A program made the translations under genes and the position numbers. Positions 25,801-40,500 of a stretch of 64,000 nt of DNA are shown piece by piece. Source of the stretch: Lingula anatina (taxonomy: Eukaryota; Animalia; Brachiopoda); assembly GCA_051362555.1 (NCBI GenBank), contig CM120648.1, positions 13,574,587 to 13,638,586 of the forward strand, read 5' to 3'. A model generated the notes under the pieces. It had not been told where the DNA came from and searched no databases. It worked only from the letters and a program-made list of their open reading frames with translations. The stretch's first letter is position 1; each line of letters begins with the position of its first letter.

Positions 25801-28408
25801 GATAATCTTATCTCAGATTTTTACATTTATTAGGCATCATTTACACAAATTTCACAAAGATTGGACCAGATTTGTGAAAATTATTAACATTTAACTATTT
25901 TATTCCATGGAATTTGCCCTTTTTCCAGGTAAACCTTCCATTGCAGCCTTGTGGCTTCTTGGTTGACAGACTCTTCCTGTCTCTTCATGGCTAATGTCTA
26001 TAGAAAAAAACAGGCATTGAAAGACAACATGAAGAGCAGTGCTCTGTCTCATCCATGTGTGCAATACATGATATGTGGCAAGATTAAGGACATGATCAAA
26101 TGGTGTGCTAACAGTCCGATTCCAGAAACCCACTGTAAGGATGAGTCTGCATCTGGTATTGGTAGTAAGGAGAAGTCTTGATTGGGTATATGTTGTTTTT
26201 CAGAGAACAATAATAGGTTATTTACAACTTCCTACACAAACCAACACAAGTCATCACATTTGTTGTTTTATTAGAGATAAAATGATTTATTGAAATATTG
26301 AAATATTTGTTTTTGTAAGTTTTCACTCTTCCACTATAAATGGCCATAAAATACACTTAAATTAGACACCCGTGACGTGATAAGTTTTTGTCAGATTTTC
26401 ATTGTTGTAAAGCATCATTTGTACAAATTTCACAAAGATTGGACCACATTTGTCAAAATTATTAACGTTTAACAATTTTGATCCATGGAATTGGCCATTG
26501 TTTTCAACGTAATTTTAAGTTTTCTTGAATATATTATGCGAAAAAATCCATTTCATTAGACACAGGCAATTGATAATCTTATCTCAGATTATTACAGTTG
26601 TTAAGCATCATTTGTACAAATATCACAAACATAAGACCACATTTGTCAAAACTATTAACATTAAACTATTTTTATCCATGGGATTTGCCATTGTTTTCAA
26701 GGTAATTTTTAGTTTTCTGAAATATATTGTCCGAAAAATAGTTTTGATTACACACAGTTAACTGATAATGTTATCTCAGATTTTTATTGTTATTAGGCAT
26801 CATTTATACAAATTTCACAAACATTGGACAAGATTTGTGAAAATTATTAACATTTAACTATTTTATTCCATGGAATTTTCCCTTTTTCCAGGTAAGCCTT
26901 CCCTTGCAGCCTTGTGGCTTCTTGGTTGACAGACTCTACCTGTCTCTTCATTGCTAATGTCTATAGAAAAAACAGGCATTGAAAGACAACATGGAGAGCA
27001 GTGTTATATCTCATCCATGTGTGCAATACATGATATGTGGCAAGATTAAGGACATGGTCAAATGGTGTGCTAACAGTCCTATTCCAGAAACCCACTGTAA
27101 GGATGAGTCTGCATCTGGTATTGGTAGTAAGGAGAAGTCTTGCTTGGTTATATGTTGTTTTTTAGAGAACAATAATAGGTAATTTGCCATTTCCTACACA
27201 AACAAACACAAGTCATCACATTTGTTGTTTTATTTGAGATAAAATGATTTATTGGAATATTGAAATATTTGTTTTTGTAAGTTCTCACTCCTCTGATATG
27301 AGTTGGCCATAAAATACACTTAAATTAAACACAGGGATGTGATAATCTTTTCTCAGATTTTTATTGTTGTAAACCATCATTTGTACAAATTTCACAAAGA
27401 TTGGACCACATTTGTCAAAATTATTAACGTTTAACTATTTTGATCCATGTAATTTGCCATTGTTTTCAATGTAATTTTTAGTTTTCTCGAATATATTCTC
27501 CGAAAAACAGTTTTGATTACACACAGTCAACTGATAATCTTATCTCAGATTTTTATTGTTATTAGGCATCATTTATACAAATTTCACAAAGATTAGACCA
27601 GATTTGTGAAAATTATTAACGTTTAACTATTTTGATCCATGTAATTTGCCATTGTTTTCAATGTAATTTTTAGTTTTCTCGAATATATTGTCCGAAAAAT
27701 AGTTTTGATTACACACAGTCAACTGATAATCTTATCTCAAATTTTTATTGTTATTAGGCATCATTTATACAAATTTCACAAACATTGGACCAGATTTGTG
27801 AAAATTATTAACATTTAACTATTTTATTCCATGGAATTTTCCCTTTTTCCAGGTAAACCTTCCATTGCAGCCTTGTGGCTTCTTGGTTGACAGACTCTTC
27901 CTGTCTCTTTATGGCTAATGCCTATAGAAAAAACAGGCATTGAAAGACAACATCAGGAGCAGTGCTCTGTCTCATCCATATGTACAATTCATGATATTTG
28001 GGAAGATTTAAGACATGGTCAAACGGTGTGCTAAGAGTCCGATTCCAGAAACCCACTGTAAGGAGGAATCTGCATCTTCCATCTGCATCTGGTATTGGTA
28101 GTAAGGAGAAGTCTTGATTGGGTATATGTTGTTTTTCAGAAGACAATAATAGGTAATTTGCCACTTCCTACACAAACAAACACAAGTCATCACATTTGTT
28201 GTTTTATTTGAGATAAAATGATTTATTGGAATATTGAAATATTTGTTTTTGTCAGTTCTCACTCTTCCACTATAAATGGCCATAAAATACATTTAAATTA
28301 GACACCCATGACGTGATAAGTTTTTGTCAGATTTTAATTGTTGTAAAGCATCATTTGTACAAATTTCACAAAGATTGGACAACATTTATCAAAATTATTA
28401 ACGTTTAA
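13900..28408 (+). repeat. 6,175-bp higher-order repeat (7 units), ~2.3 near-identical copies, with rearranged further copies to ~37,200
   Basis: Identical ORFs at 14175/20350/26525, 14629/20804/26979, 15572/21747/27922, 16665/22840 and 18945/25120 are all exactly 6,175 apart. Confidence 0.95.
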
Positions 28409-31400
28409 TTTGCCATTGTTTTCAATGTAATTTTTAGTTTTCTCGAATATATTGTCCGAAAAATAGTTTTGATTACACACAGTCAACTGATAATCTTATC
28501 TCAGATTTTTATTGTTATTAGGCATCATTTATACAAATTTCACAAACATTGGACCAGATTTGTGAAAATTATTAACATTTAACTATTTTATTCCATGGAA
28601 TTTTCCCTTTTTCCAGGTAAACCTTCCATTGCAGCCTTGTGGCTTCTTGGTTGACAGACTCTTCCTGTCTCTTTATGGCTAATGCCTATAGAAAAAACAG
28701 GCATTGAAAGACAACATCAGGAGCAGTGCTCTGTCTCATCCATATGTACAATTCATGATATTTGGGAAGATTTAAGACATGGTCAAACGGTGTGCTAAGA
28801 GTCCGATTCCAGAAACCCACTGTAAGGAGGAATCTGCATCTTCCATCTGCATCTGGTATTGGTAGTAAGGAGAAGTCTTGATTGGGTATATGTTGTTTTT
28901 CAGAAGACAATAATAGGTAATTTGCCACTTCCTACACAAACAAACACAAGTCATCACATTTGTTGTTTTATTTGAGATAAAATGATTTATTGGAATATTG
29001 AAATATTTGTTTTTGTCAGTTCTCACTCTTCCACTATAAATGGCCATAAAATACATTTAAATTAGACACCCATGATGTGATAAGTTTTTGTCAGATTTTA
29101 ATTGTTGTAAAGCATCATTTGTACAAATTTCACAAAGATTGGACAACATTTATCAAAATTATTAACGTTTAACTATTTTGATCCATGGAATTTGCCATTG
29201 TTTTCAACGTAATTTTTGTTTTTCTTCAATATATTATGCGAAAAAATCCATTTCATTAGACACAGGCAATTGATAATCTTATCTCAGATTATTACAGTTT
29301 TTAAGCATCATTTGTACAAATATCACAAACATTAGACCACATTTGTCAAAACTATTAACATTTAACTATTTTGATCCATGGAATTTGCCATTGTTTTCAA
29401 TGTAATTTTTAGTTTTCTTGAATATAATGTCCGAAAAATAGTTTTGATTACACACAGTTAACTGATAATCTTATCTCAGATTTTTATTGTTATTAGGTAT
29501 CATTTATACAAATTTCACAAACATTGGACCAGATTTGTGAAAATTATCAACATTTAACTATTTCATTCCATGGAATTTTCCCTTTTTCCAGGTAAACCTT
29601 CCATTGCAGCCTTGTGGCTTCTTGGTTGACAGACTCTTCCTGTCTCTTTATTGCTAATGTCTATATAAAAAAACAGGCATTGAAAGACAACATCAGGAGC
29701 AGCTGTGCTCCGTCTCATCCATGTGTGCAATACATGATATGTGGCAAGATTAAATACATGGTCAAATGGTGTGCTAACAGTCCGATTCCAGAAACCCACT
29801 GTAAGGATGAGTCTGCATCTGGTATTGGTAGTAAGGAGAAGTCTTGATTGGGTATATGTTGTTTTTCAGAAGACAATAACAGGTAATTTGCCACTTTCTA
29901 CACAAACCAACACAAGTCATCACATATGTTGTTTTATTTGAGATAAAATGATTTATTGAAATATTGAAATATTTGTTTTTCGTAAGTTCTCACTCTTCTG
30001 ATATAAATTATCAATAAAATACACTTAAATTAAACACAGGGATGTGATAACCTTTTCTCAGATTTTTATTGTTGTAAAGCATCATTTGTACAAATTTCAC
30101 AAAGATTAGACCAGATTTGTGAAAATTATTAACGTTTAACTATTTTGATCCATGTAATTTGCCATTGTTTTCAATGTAATTTTTAGTTTTCTCGAATATA
30201 TTGTCCGAAAAATAGTTTTGATTACACACAGTCAACTGATAATCTTATCTCAGATTTTTATTGTTATAAGGCATCATTTATACAAATTTCACAAACATTG
30301 GACCAGATTTGTGAAAATTATCAACATTTAACTATTTCATTCCATGGAATTTTCCCTTTTTCCAGGTAAACCTTCCCTTGCAGCCTTGTGGCTTCTTGGT
30401 TGACAGACTCTACCTGTCTCTTTATTGCTAATGTCTATATAAAAAAACAGGCATTGAAAGACAACATGAAGAGCAGTGCTATGTCTCATCCATGTGTGCA
30501 ATACGTGATATTTGGGAAGATTTAGGACATGATCAAAGGGTGTGCTAACAGTCTAATTCCAGAAACCCACTGAAGGATGAGTCTGCATCTGGTATTGGTA
30601 GTAAGGAGAAGTCTTGATTGGGTATATGTTGTATGTCAGAAGACAATAAAAGGTAATTTGCCACTTCCTACACAAACAAACACAAGTCATCACATTTGTT
30701 GTTTTATTTGAGATAAAATGATTTATTGGAATATTGAAATATTTATTTTTGTAAGTTTTCACTCTTCCACTATAAATGGCCATAAAATACACTTAAATTA
30801 GACACCCGTGACGTGATAAGTTTTTCTCAGATTTTTATTGTTGTAAAGCATCATTTGATCAAATTTCACAAAGATTGGGCTAGATTTGTTAAAATTATTA
30901 ATGTTTAACTATTTTAAGTTTTGCAATTTGCCATTGTTTTCAATGTAAGTTTTATTTTTCTGGAATATATTGTGTGAAAAAGTCCATTTCATTAGACACA
31001 GGAAACTGATAATGTTTTCTCAGATTTTTACAGTTGTTAAGCATCATTTGTCCAAATTTCACAAACATTAGACCACATTTGTCAAAATTATTAACATTTA
31101 ACTATTTTAATCCATGTAATTTGCCATTGTTTTCAACATAATTTTTTGGTTTTCTCGAATATGTTGTGCAAAAAATCACTTTCATTACACGCAGTCAATT
31201 GATAATTTTATCTCAAATTTTTACATTTATTAGGCATCATTTACACAAATTTCACAAAGATTGGACAAGATTTGTCAAAACTATTAACATTTAACTATTT
31301 TTATCCATGGAATTTTCCCTTTTTCCAGGTAAGCCTTCCCTTGCAGCCTTGTGGCTTCTTGGTTGACAGACTCTACCTGTCTCTTCATTGCTAATGTCAA

Positions 31401-34400
31401 TAGAAAAAACAGGCATTGAAAGACAACATGGAGAGCAGTGTTATATCTCATCCATGTGTGCAATACATGATATGTGGCAAGATTAAGGACATGGTCAAAT
31501 GGTGTGCTAACAGTCCGATTCCAGAAACCCACTATAAGGATGAGTCTGCATCTGGAATTGGTAGTAAGGAGAAGTCTTGCTTGGTTATATGTTGTTTTTC
31601 AGAGAACAATAACAGGTAATTTGCCATTTCCTACACAAACAAACACAAGTCATCACATATGTTGTTTTATTTGAGATAAAATGATTTATTGGAATATTGA
31701 AATATTTGTTTTTCGTAAGTTCTCACTCTTCTGATATGAATTGACAATAAAATACACTTAAATTAAACACAGGGATGTGATAATTTTTTCTCAGATTTTT
31801 ATTGTTGTAAAGCATCATTAGTACATATTTCACAAAGATTGGACCCCAGTTGTCACAATAATTAATGTTTAACTATTTTGATCCATGGAATTTGCCATTG
31901 TTTTCAATGTAATTTTTAGTTTTCTTGAATATAATGTCCGAAAAATAGTTTTGATTACACACAGTTAACTGATAATCTTATCTCAGATTTTTATTGTTAT
32001 TAGGCATCATTTATACAAATTTCACAAACATTGGACCAGATTTGTGAAAATTATTAACATTTAACTATTTTATTCCATGGAATTTTCCTTTTTCCAGGTA
32101 AGCCTTCCATTGCAGCCTTGTGGCTTCTTGGTTGACAGACTCTTCCTGTCTCGTTATGGCTAATGCCTATAGAAATGACAAGCATTGAAAGACAACATCA
32201 GGAGCAGCTGTGCTCCGTCTCATCCATGTGTGCAATACATGATATGTGGCAAGATTAAATACATGGTCAAATGGTGTGCTAACAGTCCGATTCCAGAAAC
32301 CCACTGTAAGGATGAGTCTGCATCTGGTATTGGTAGTAAGGAGAAGTCTTGATTGGGTATATGTTGTTTTTCAGAAGACAATAACAGGTAATTTGCCACT
32401 TTCTACACAAACCAACACAAGTCATCACATATGTTGTTTTATTTGAGATAAAATGATTTATTGAAATATTGAAATATTTGTTTTTCGTAAGTTCTCACTC
32501 TTCTGATATAAATTATCAATAAAATACACTTAAATTAAACACAGGGATGTGATAACCTTTTCTCAGATTTTTATTGTTGTAAAGCATCATTTGTACAAAT
32601 TTCACAAAGATTAGACCAGATTTGTGAAAATTATTAACGTTTAACTATTTTGATCCATGTAATTTGCCATTGTTTTCATCCATGTTTGCAATACATGATA
32701 TGTGGCAAGATTAAGGACATGGTCAAATGGTGTGCTAACAGTCCGATTCCAGAAACCCACAGTAAGGATGTGTCTGCATCTGGTATTGGTAGTAAGGAGA
32801 AGTCTTGATTGGGTATATGTTGTATTTCAGAGAACAATAATAGGTTTTTACCACTTCCTACACAAACCAACACAAGTCATCACATTTGTTGTTTTATTAG
32901 AGATAAAATGATTTATTGAAATATTGAAATATTTGTTTTTTGTAAGTTTCCACTTTTCTGATATGAATTGGCAGTAAAAAACACTTAAATTAAACACAGG
33001 GATGTGATAAGCTTTTCTCAGATTTTTATTGTTGTAAAGCATCATTTGTACAAATTTCACAAAGATTGGACCACAGTTGTCACAATAATTAATGTTTAAC
33101 TATTTTGATCCATGGAATTTGTCATTGTTTTCAATGTAATTTTTAGTTTTTTCAAATATATTGTCCGAAAAATAGTTTTGATTACACACAGTCAACTGAT
33201 AATCTTATCTCAGATTTTTACATTTATTAGGCATCATTTACACAAATTTCACAAAGATTGGACCAGATTTGTGAAAATTATTAACATTTAACTATTTTAT
33301 TCCATGGAATTTGCCCTTTTTCCAGGTAAACCTTCCATTGCAGCCTTGTGGCTTCTTGGTTGACAGACTCTTCCTGTCTCTTCATGGCTAATGTCTATAG
33401 AAAAAAACAGGCATTGAAAGACAACATGAAGAGCAGTGCTCTGTCTCATCCATGTGTGCAATACATGATATGTGGCAAGATTAAGGACATGATCAAATGG
33501 TGTGCTAACAGTCCGATTCCAGAAACCCACTGTAAGGATGAGTCTGCATCTGGTATTGGTAGTAAGGAGAAGTCTTGATTGGGTATATGTTGTTTTTCAG
33601 AGAACAATAATAGGTTATTTACAACTTCCTACACAAACCAACACAAGTCATCACATTTGTTGTTTTATTAGAGATAAAATGATTTATTGAAATATTGAAA
33701 TATTTGTTTTTGTAAGTTTTCACTCTTCCACTATAAATGGCCATAAAATACACTTAAATTAGACACCCGTGACGTGATAAGTTTTTGTCAGATTTTTATT
33801 GTTGTAAAGCATCATTTGTACAAATTTCACAAAGATTGGACCACATTTGTCAAAATTATTAACGTTTAACAATTTTGATCCATGGAATTGGCCATTGTTT
33901 TCAACGTAATTTTAAGTTTTCTTGAATATATTATGCGAAAAAATCCATTTCATTAGACACAGGCAATTGATAATCTTATCTCAGATTATTACAGTTGTTA
34001 AGCATCATTTGTACAAATATCACAAACATAAGACCACATTTGTCAAAACTATTAACATTAAACTATTTTTATCCATGGGATTTGCCATTGTTTTCAAGGT
34101 AATTTTTAGTTTTCTGAAATATATTGTCCGAAAAATAGTTTTGATTACACACAGTTAACTGATAATGTTATCTCAGATTTTTATTGTTATTAGGCATCAT
34201 TTATACAAATTTCACAAACATTGGACAAGATTTGTGAAAATTATTAACATTTAACTATTTTATTCCATGGAATTTTCCCTTTTTCCAGGTAAGCCTTCCC
34301 TTGCAGCCTTGTGGCTTCTTGGTTGACAGACTCTTCCTGTCTCTTCATTGCTAATGTCTATAGAAAAAGCAGGCATTGAAAGACAACATGGAGAGCAGTG

Positions 34401-37400
34401 TTATATCTCATCCATGTGTGCAATACATGATATGTGGCAAGATTAAGGACATGGTCAAATGGTGTGCTAACAGTCCTATTCCAGAAACCCACTGTAAGGA
34501 TGAGTCTGCATCTGGTATTGGTAGTAAGGAGAAGTCTTGCTTGGTTATATGTTGTTTTTTAGAGAACAATAATATGTAATTTGCCATTTCCTACACAAAC
34601 AAACACAAGTCATCACATTTGTTGTTTTATTTGAGATAAAATGATTTATTGGAATATTGAAATATTTGTTTTTGTAAGTTCTCACTCCTCTGATATGAGT
34701 TGGCCATAAAATACACTTAAATTAAACACAGGGATGTGATAATCTTTTCTCAGATTTTTATTGTTGTAAACCATCATTTGTACAAATTTCACAAAGATTG
34801 GACCACATTTGTCAAAATTATTAACGTTTAACTATTTTGATCCATGTAATTTGCCATTGTTTTCAATGTAATTTTTAGTTTTCTCGAATATATTCTCCGA
34901 AAAATGGTTTTGATTACACACAGTCAACTGATAATCTTATCTCAGATTTTTATTGTTATTAGGCATCATTTATACCAATTTCACAAACATTGGACCAGAT
35001 TTGTGAAAATTATTAACATTTAACTATTTTATTCCATGGAATTTGCCCTCTTTCCAGGTAAACCTTCCATTGCAACCTTGTGGCTTCTTGGTTGACAGAC
35101 TCTTCCTGTCTCGTTATGGCTAATGCCTATAGAAAAAAACAGGCATATTGTGTGCAATACATGATATGTGGCAAGATTAATGACATGGTCAAATGGTGTG
35201 CTAACAGTCCGATTCCAGAAACCCACTGAAAGGATGAGTCTGCATCTGGTATTGGTAGTAAGGAGAAGTCTTGATTGGGTATATGTTGTTTTTCAGAGAA
35301 CAATAATAGGTTATTTACCACTTCCTACACAAACCAACACAAGTCATTACATTTGTTGTTTTATTAGAGATAAAATGATTTATTGAAATATTGAAATATT
35401 TGTTTTTGTAAGTTTTCACTCTTCCACTATAAATGGCCATAAAACACACTTAAATTAGACTCCCGTGACGTGATAAGTTTTTGTCAGATTTTCATTGTTG
35501 TAAAGCATCATTTGTACAAATTTCACAAAGATTTTACCACATTTGTCAAAATTATTAACGTTTAACAATTTTGATCCATGGAATTTGCCATTGTTTTCAA
35601 CGTAATTTTAAGTTTTCTTGAATATATTATGCGAAAAAATCAATTTCATTAGACACAGGCAATTGATAATCTTATCTCAGATTATTACAGTTGTTAAGCA
35701 TCATTTGTACAAATATCACAAACATAAGACCACATTTGTCAAAACTATTAACATTAAACTATTTTTATCCATGGGATTTGCCATTGTTTTCAAGGTAATT
35801 TTTAGTTTTCTGAAATATATTGTCCGAAAAATAGTTTTGATTACACACAGTTAACTGATAATGTTATCTCAGATTTTTATTGTTATTAGGTATCATTTAT
35901 ACAAATTTCACAAACATTGGACCAGATTTGTGAAAATTATCAACATTTAACTATTTCATTGCATGGAATTTTCCCTTTTTCCAGGTAAACCTTCCATTGC
36001 AGCCTTGTGGCTTCTTGGTTGACAGACTCTTCCTGTCTCTTTATTGCTAATGTCTATAGAAAAAAACAGGCATTGAAAGACAACATGAAGAGCAGTGCTA
36101 TGTCTCATCCATGTGTGCAATACGTGATATTCGGGAAGATTTAGGACATGATCAAAGGGTGTGCTAACAGTCTAATTCCAGAAACCCACTGAAGGATGAG
36201 TCTGCATCTGGTATTGGTAGTAAGGAGAAGTCTTGATTGGGTATATGTTGTATGTCAGAAGACAATAAAAGGTAATTTGCCACTTCCTACACAAACAAAC
36301 ACAAGTCATCACATTTGTTGTTTTATTTGAGATAAAATGATTTATTGGAATATTGAAATATTTATTTTTGTAAGTTTTCACTCTTCCACTATAAATGGCC
36401 ATAAAATACACTTAAATTAGACACCCGTGACGTGATAAGTTTTTCTCAGATTTTTATTGTTGTAAAGCATCATTTGTTCAAATTTCACAAAGATTGGGCT
36501 AGATTTGTCAAAATTATTAATGTTTAACTATTTTAAGTTGTGCAATTTGCCATTGTTTTCAATGTAAGTTTTAGTTTTCTGGAATATATTGTGTGAAAAA
36601 GTCCATTTCATTAGACACAGGAAACTGATAATGTTATCTCAGATTTTTACAGTTGTTAAGCATCATTTGTCCAAATTTCACAAACATTAGACCACATTTG
36701 TCAAAATTATTAACATTTAACTATTTTAATCCATGTAATTTGCCATTGTTTTCAACATAATTTTTTGGTTTTCTCGAATATGTTGTGCAAAAAATCACTT
36801 TCATTACACGCAGTCAATTGATAATTTTATCTCAAATTTTTACATTTATTAGGCATCATTTACACAAATTTCACAAAGATTGGACAAGATTTGTCAAAAC
36901 TATTAACATTTAACTATTTTTATCCATGGAATTTTCCCTTTTTCCAGGTAAGCCTTCCCTTGCAGCCTTGTGGCTTCTTGGTTGACAGACTCTACCTGGC
37001 TCTTCATTGCTAATGTCAATAGAAAAAACAGGCATTGAAAGACAACATGGAGAGCAGTGTTATATCTCATCCATGTGTGCAATACATGATATGTGGCAAG
37101 ATTAAGGACATGGTCAAATGGTGTGCTAACAGTCCGATTCCAGAAACCCACTATAAGGATGAGTCTGCATCTGGAATTGGTAGTAAGGAGAAGTCTTGCT
37201 TGGTTATATGTTGTTTTTCAGAGAACAATAATAGGTAATTTGCCATTTCCTACACAAACAAACACAAGTCATCACATATGTTGTTTTATTTGAGATAAAA
37301 TGATTTATTGGAATATTGAAATATTTGTATTTCGTAAGTTCTCACTCTTCTGATATGAATTGACAATAAAATACACTTAAATTAAACACAGGGATGTGAT

Positions 37401-37529
37401 AATTTTTTCTCAGATTTTTATTGTTGTAAACCATCATTTGTACGTATTACACAAAGATTGGACCACAATTGTCAACATTATTAACGTTTAACTATTTTGA
37501 TCCATGTAATTTGCCATTGGTTCAATGTA

Positions 37530-40500
37530 ATTTTTAGTTTTCTCGAATATATTGTCCGAAAAATAGTTTTGATTACACACAGTCAACTGATAATCGTATC
37601 TCAGATTTTTATTGTTATTAGGCATTATTTATACAAATTTCACAAACATTGGACCAGATTTGTGAAAATTATTAACATTTAACTATTTTATTCCATGGAA
37701 TTTGCCCTTTTTCCAGGTAAACCTTCCATTGCAGTCTTGTGGCTTCTTGGTTGACAGACTCTTCCTGTCTCTTTATGGCTAATGCCTATAGAAAAAACAG
37801 GCATTGAAAGACAACATCAGGAGCAGTGCTCTGTCTCATCCATGTGTGCAATACGTGATATTTGGGAAGATTAAAGACATGATCAAATGGTGTGCTAACA
37901 GTCCAATTCCAGAAACCCACTGTAAGGATGAGTCTGCATCTGGTATTGGTAGTAAGGAGAAGTCTTGATTGGGTATATGTTGTATGTCAGAAGACAATAA
38001 CAGGTAACTTGCCACTTCCTACACAAACAAACACAAGTCATCACATCTGTTGTTTTATTTGAGATAAAATGATTTATTGGAATATTGAAATATTTGTTTT
38101 TGTAAGTTTTCACTCTTCCACTATAAATGGCCATAAAATACACTTAAATTAGACACCCGTGACGTGATAAGTTTTTGTCAGATTTTCATTGTTGTAAAGC
38201 ATCATTTGTACAAATTTCACAAAGATTGGACAACATATATCAAAATTATTAACGTTTAACTATTTTGATCCATGGAATTGGCCATTGTTTTCAACGTAAT
38301 TTTTAGTTTTCTTGAATATATTATGCGAAAAAATCCATTTCATTAGACACAGGCAATTGATAATTTTATCTCAGAGTATTACAGTTGTTACGGTAAGCAT
38401 CATTTGTACAAATATCACAAACATTAGACCACATTTGTCAAAACTATTAACATTTAACTATTTTTATCCATGGGATTTGCCATTGTTTTCAAGGTAATTT
38501 TTAGTTTTCTGAAATATATTGTCCGAAAAATAGTTTTGATTACACGCAGTTAACTGATAATGTTATCTCAGATTTTTATTGTTATTAGGCATCATTTATA
38601 CAAATTTCACAAACATTGGACAAGATTTGTGAAAATTATTAACATTTAACTATTTTATTCCATGGAATTTTCCCTTTTTCCAGGTAAGCCTTCCCTTGCA
38701 GCCTTGTGGCTTCTTGGTTGACAGACTCTACCTGTCTCTTCATTGCTAATGTCTATAGAAAAAACAGGCATTGAAAGACAACATGGAGAGCAGTAATATA
38801 TCTCATCCATGTTTGCAATACATGATATGTGGCAAGATTAAGGACATGGTCAAATGGTGTGCTAACAGTCCTATTCCAGAAACCCACTGTAAGGATGAGT
38901 CTGCATCTGGTATTGGTAGTAAGGAGAAGTCTTGCTTGGTTATATGTTGTTTTTCAGAGAACAATAATAGGTAATTTGCCATTTCCTACACAAACAAACA
39001 CAAGTCATCACATTTGTTGTTTTATTTGAGATAAAATGATTTATTGGAATATTGAAATATTTGTTTTTGTAAGTTCTCACTCCTCTGATATGAGTTGGCC
39101 ATAAAATACACTTAAATTAAACACAGGGATGTGATAATCTTTTCTCAGATTTTTATTGTTGTAAACCATCATTTGTACAAATTTCACAAAGATTGGACCA
39201 CATTTGTCAAAATTATTAACGTTTAACTATTTTGATCCATGTAATTTGTCATTGTTTTCAATGTAATTTTTAGTTTTCTTGAATATAATGTCCGAAAAAT
39301 AGTTTTGATTACACACAGTTAACTGATAATCTTATCTCAGATTTTTATTGTTATTAGGCATCATTTATACAAATTTCACAAACATTGGACCAGATTTGTG
39401 AAAATTATTAACATTTAACTATTTTATTCCATGGAATTTTCCTTTTTCCAGGTAAGCCTTCCATTGCAGCCTTGTGGCTTCTTGGTTGACAGACTCTTCC
39501 TGTCTCGTTATGGCTAATGCCTATAGAAATGACAGGCATTGAAAGACAACATCAGGAGCAGCTGTGCTCTGTCTCATCCATGTGTGCAATACATGATATG
39601 TGGCAAGATTAAATACATGGTCAAATGGTGTGCTAACAGTCCGATTCCAGAAACCCACTGTAAGGATGAGTCTGCATCTGGTATTGGTAGTAAGGAGAAG
39701 TCTTGATTGGGTATATGTTGTTTTTCAGAAGACAATAACAGGTAATTTGCCACTTTCTACACAAACCAACACAAGTCATCACATAAGTTGTTTTATTTGA
39801 GATAAAATGATTTATTGAAATATTGAAATATTTGTTTTTCGTAAGTTCTCACTCTTCTGATATAAATTATCAATAAAATACACTTAAATTAAACACAGGG
39901 ATGTGATAACCTTTTCTCAGATTTTTATTGTTGTAAAGCATCATTTGTACAAATTTCACAAAGATTAGACCAGATTTGTGAAAATTATTAACGTTTAACT
40001 ATTTTGATCCATGTAATTTGCCATTGTTTTCAATGTAATTTTTAGTTTTCTCGAATATATTGTCCGAAAAATAGTTTTGATTACACACAGTCAACTGATA
40101 ATCGTATCTCAGATTTTTATTGTTATTAGGCATTATTTATACAAATTTCACAAACATTGGACCAGATTTGTGAAAATTATTAACATTTAACTATTTTATT
40201 CCATGGAATTTGCCATTTTTCCAGGTAAACCTTCCATTGCAGTCTTGTGGCTTCTTGGTTGACAGACTCTTCCTGTCTCTTTATGGCTAATGCCTATAGA
40301 AAAAACAGGCATTGAAAGACAACATCAGGAGCAGTGCTCTGTCTCATCCATGTGTGCAATACGTGATATTTGGGAAGATTAAAGACATGATCAAATGGTG
40401 TGCTAACAGTCCAATTCCAGAAACCCACTGTAAGGATGAGTCTGCATCTGGTATTGGTAGTAAGGAGAAGTCTTGATTGGGTATATGTTGTATGTCAGAA

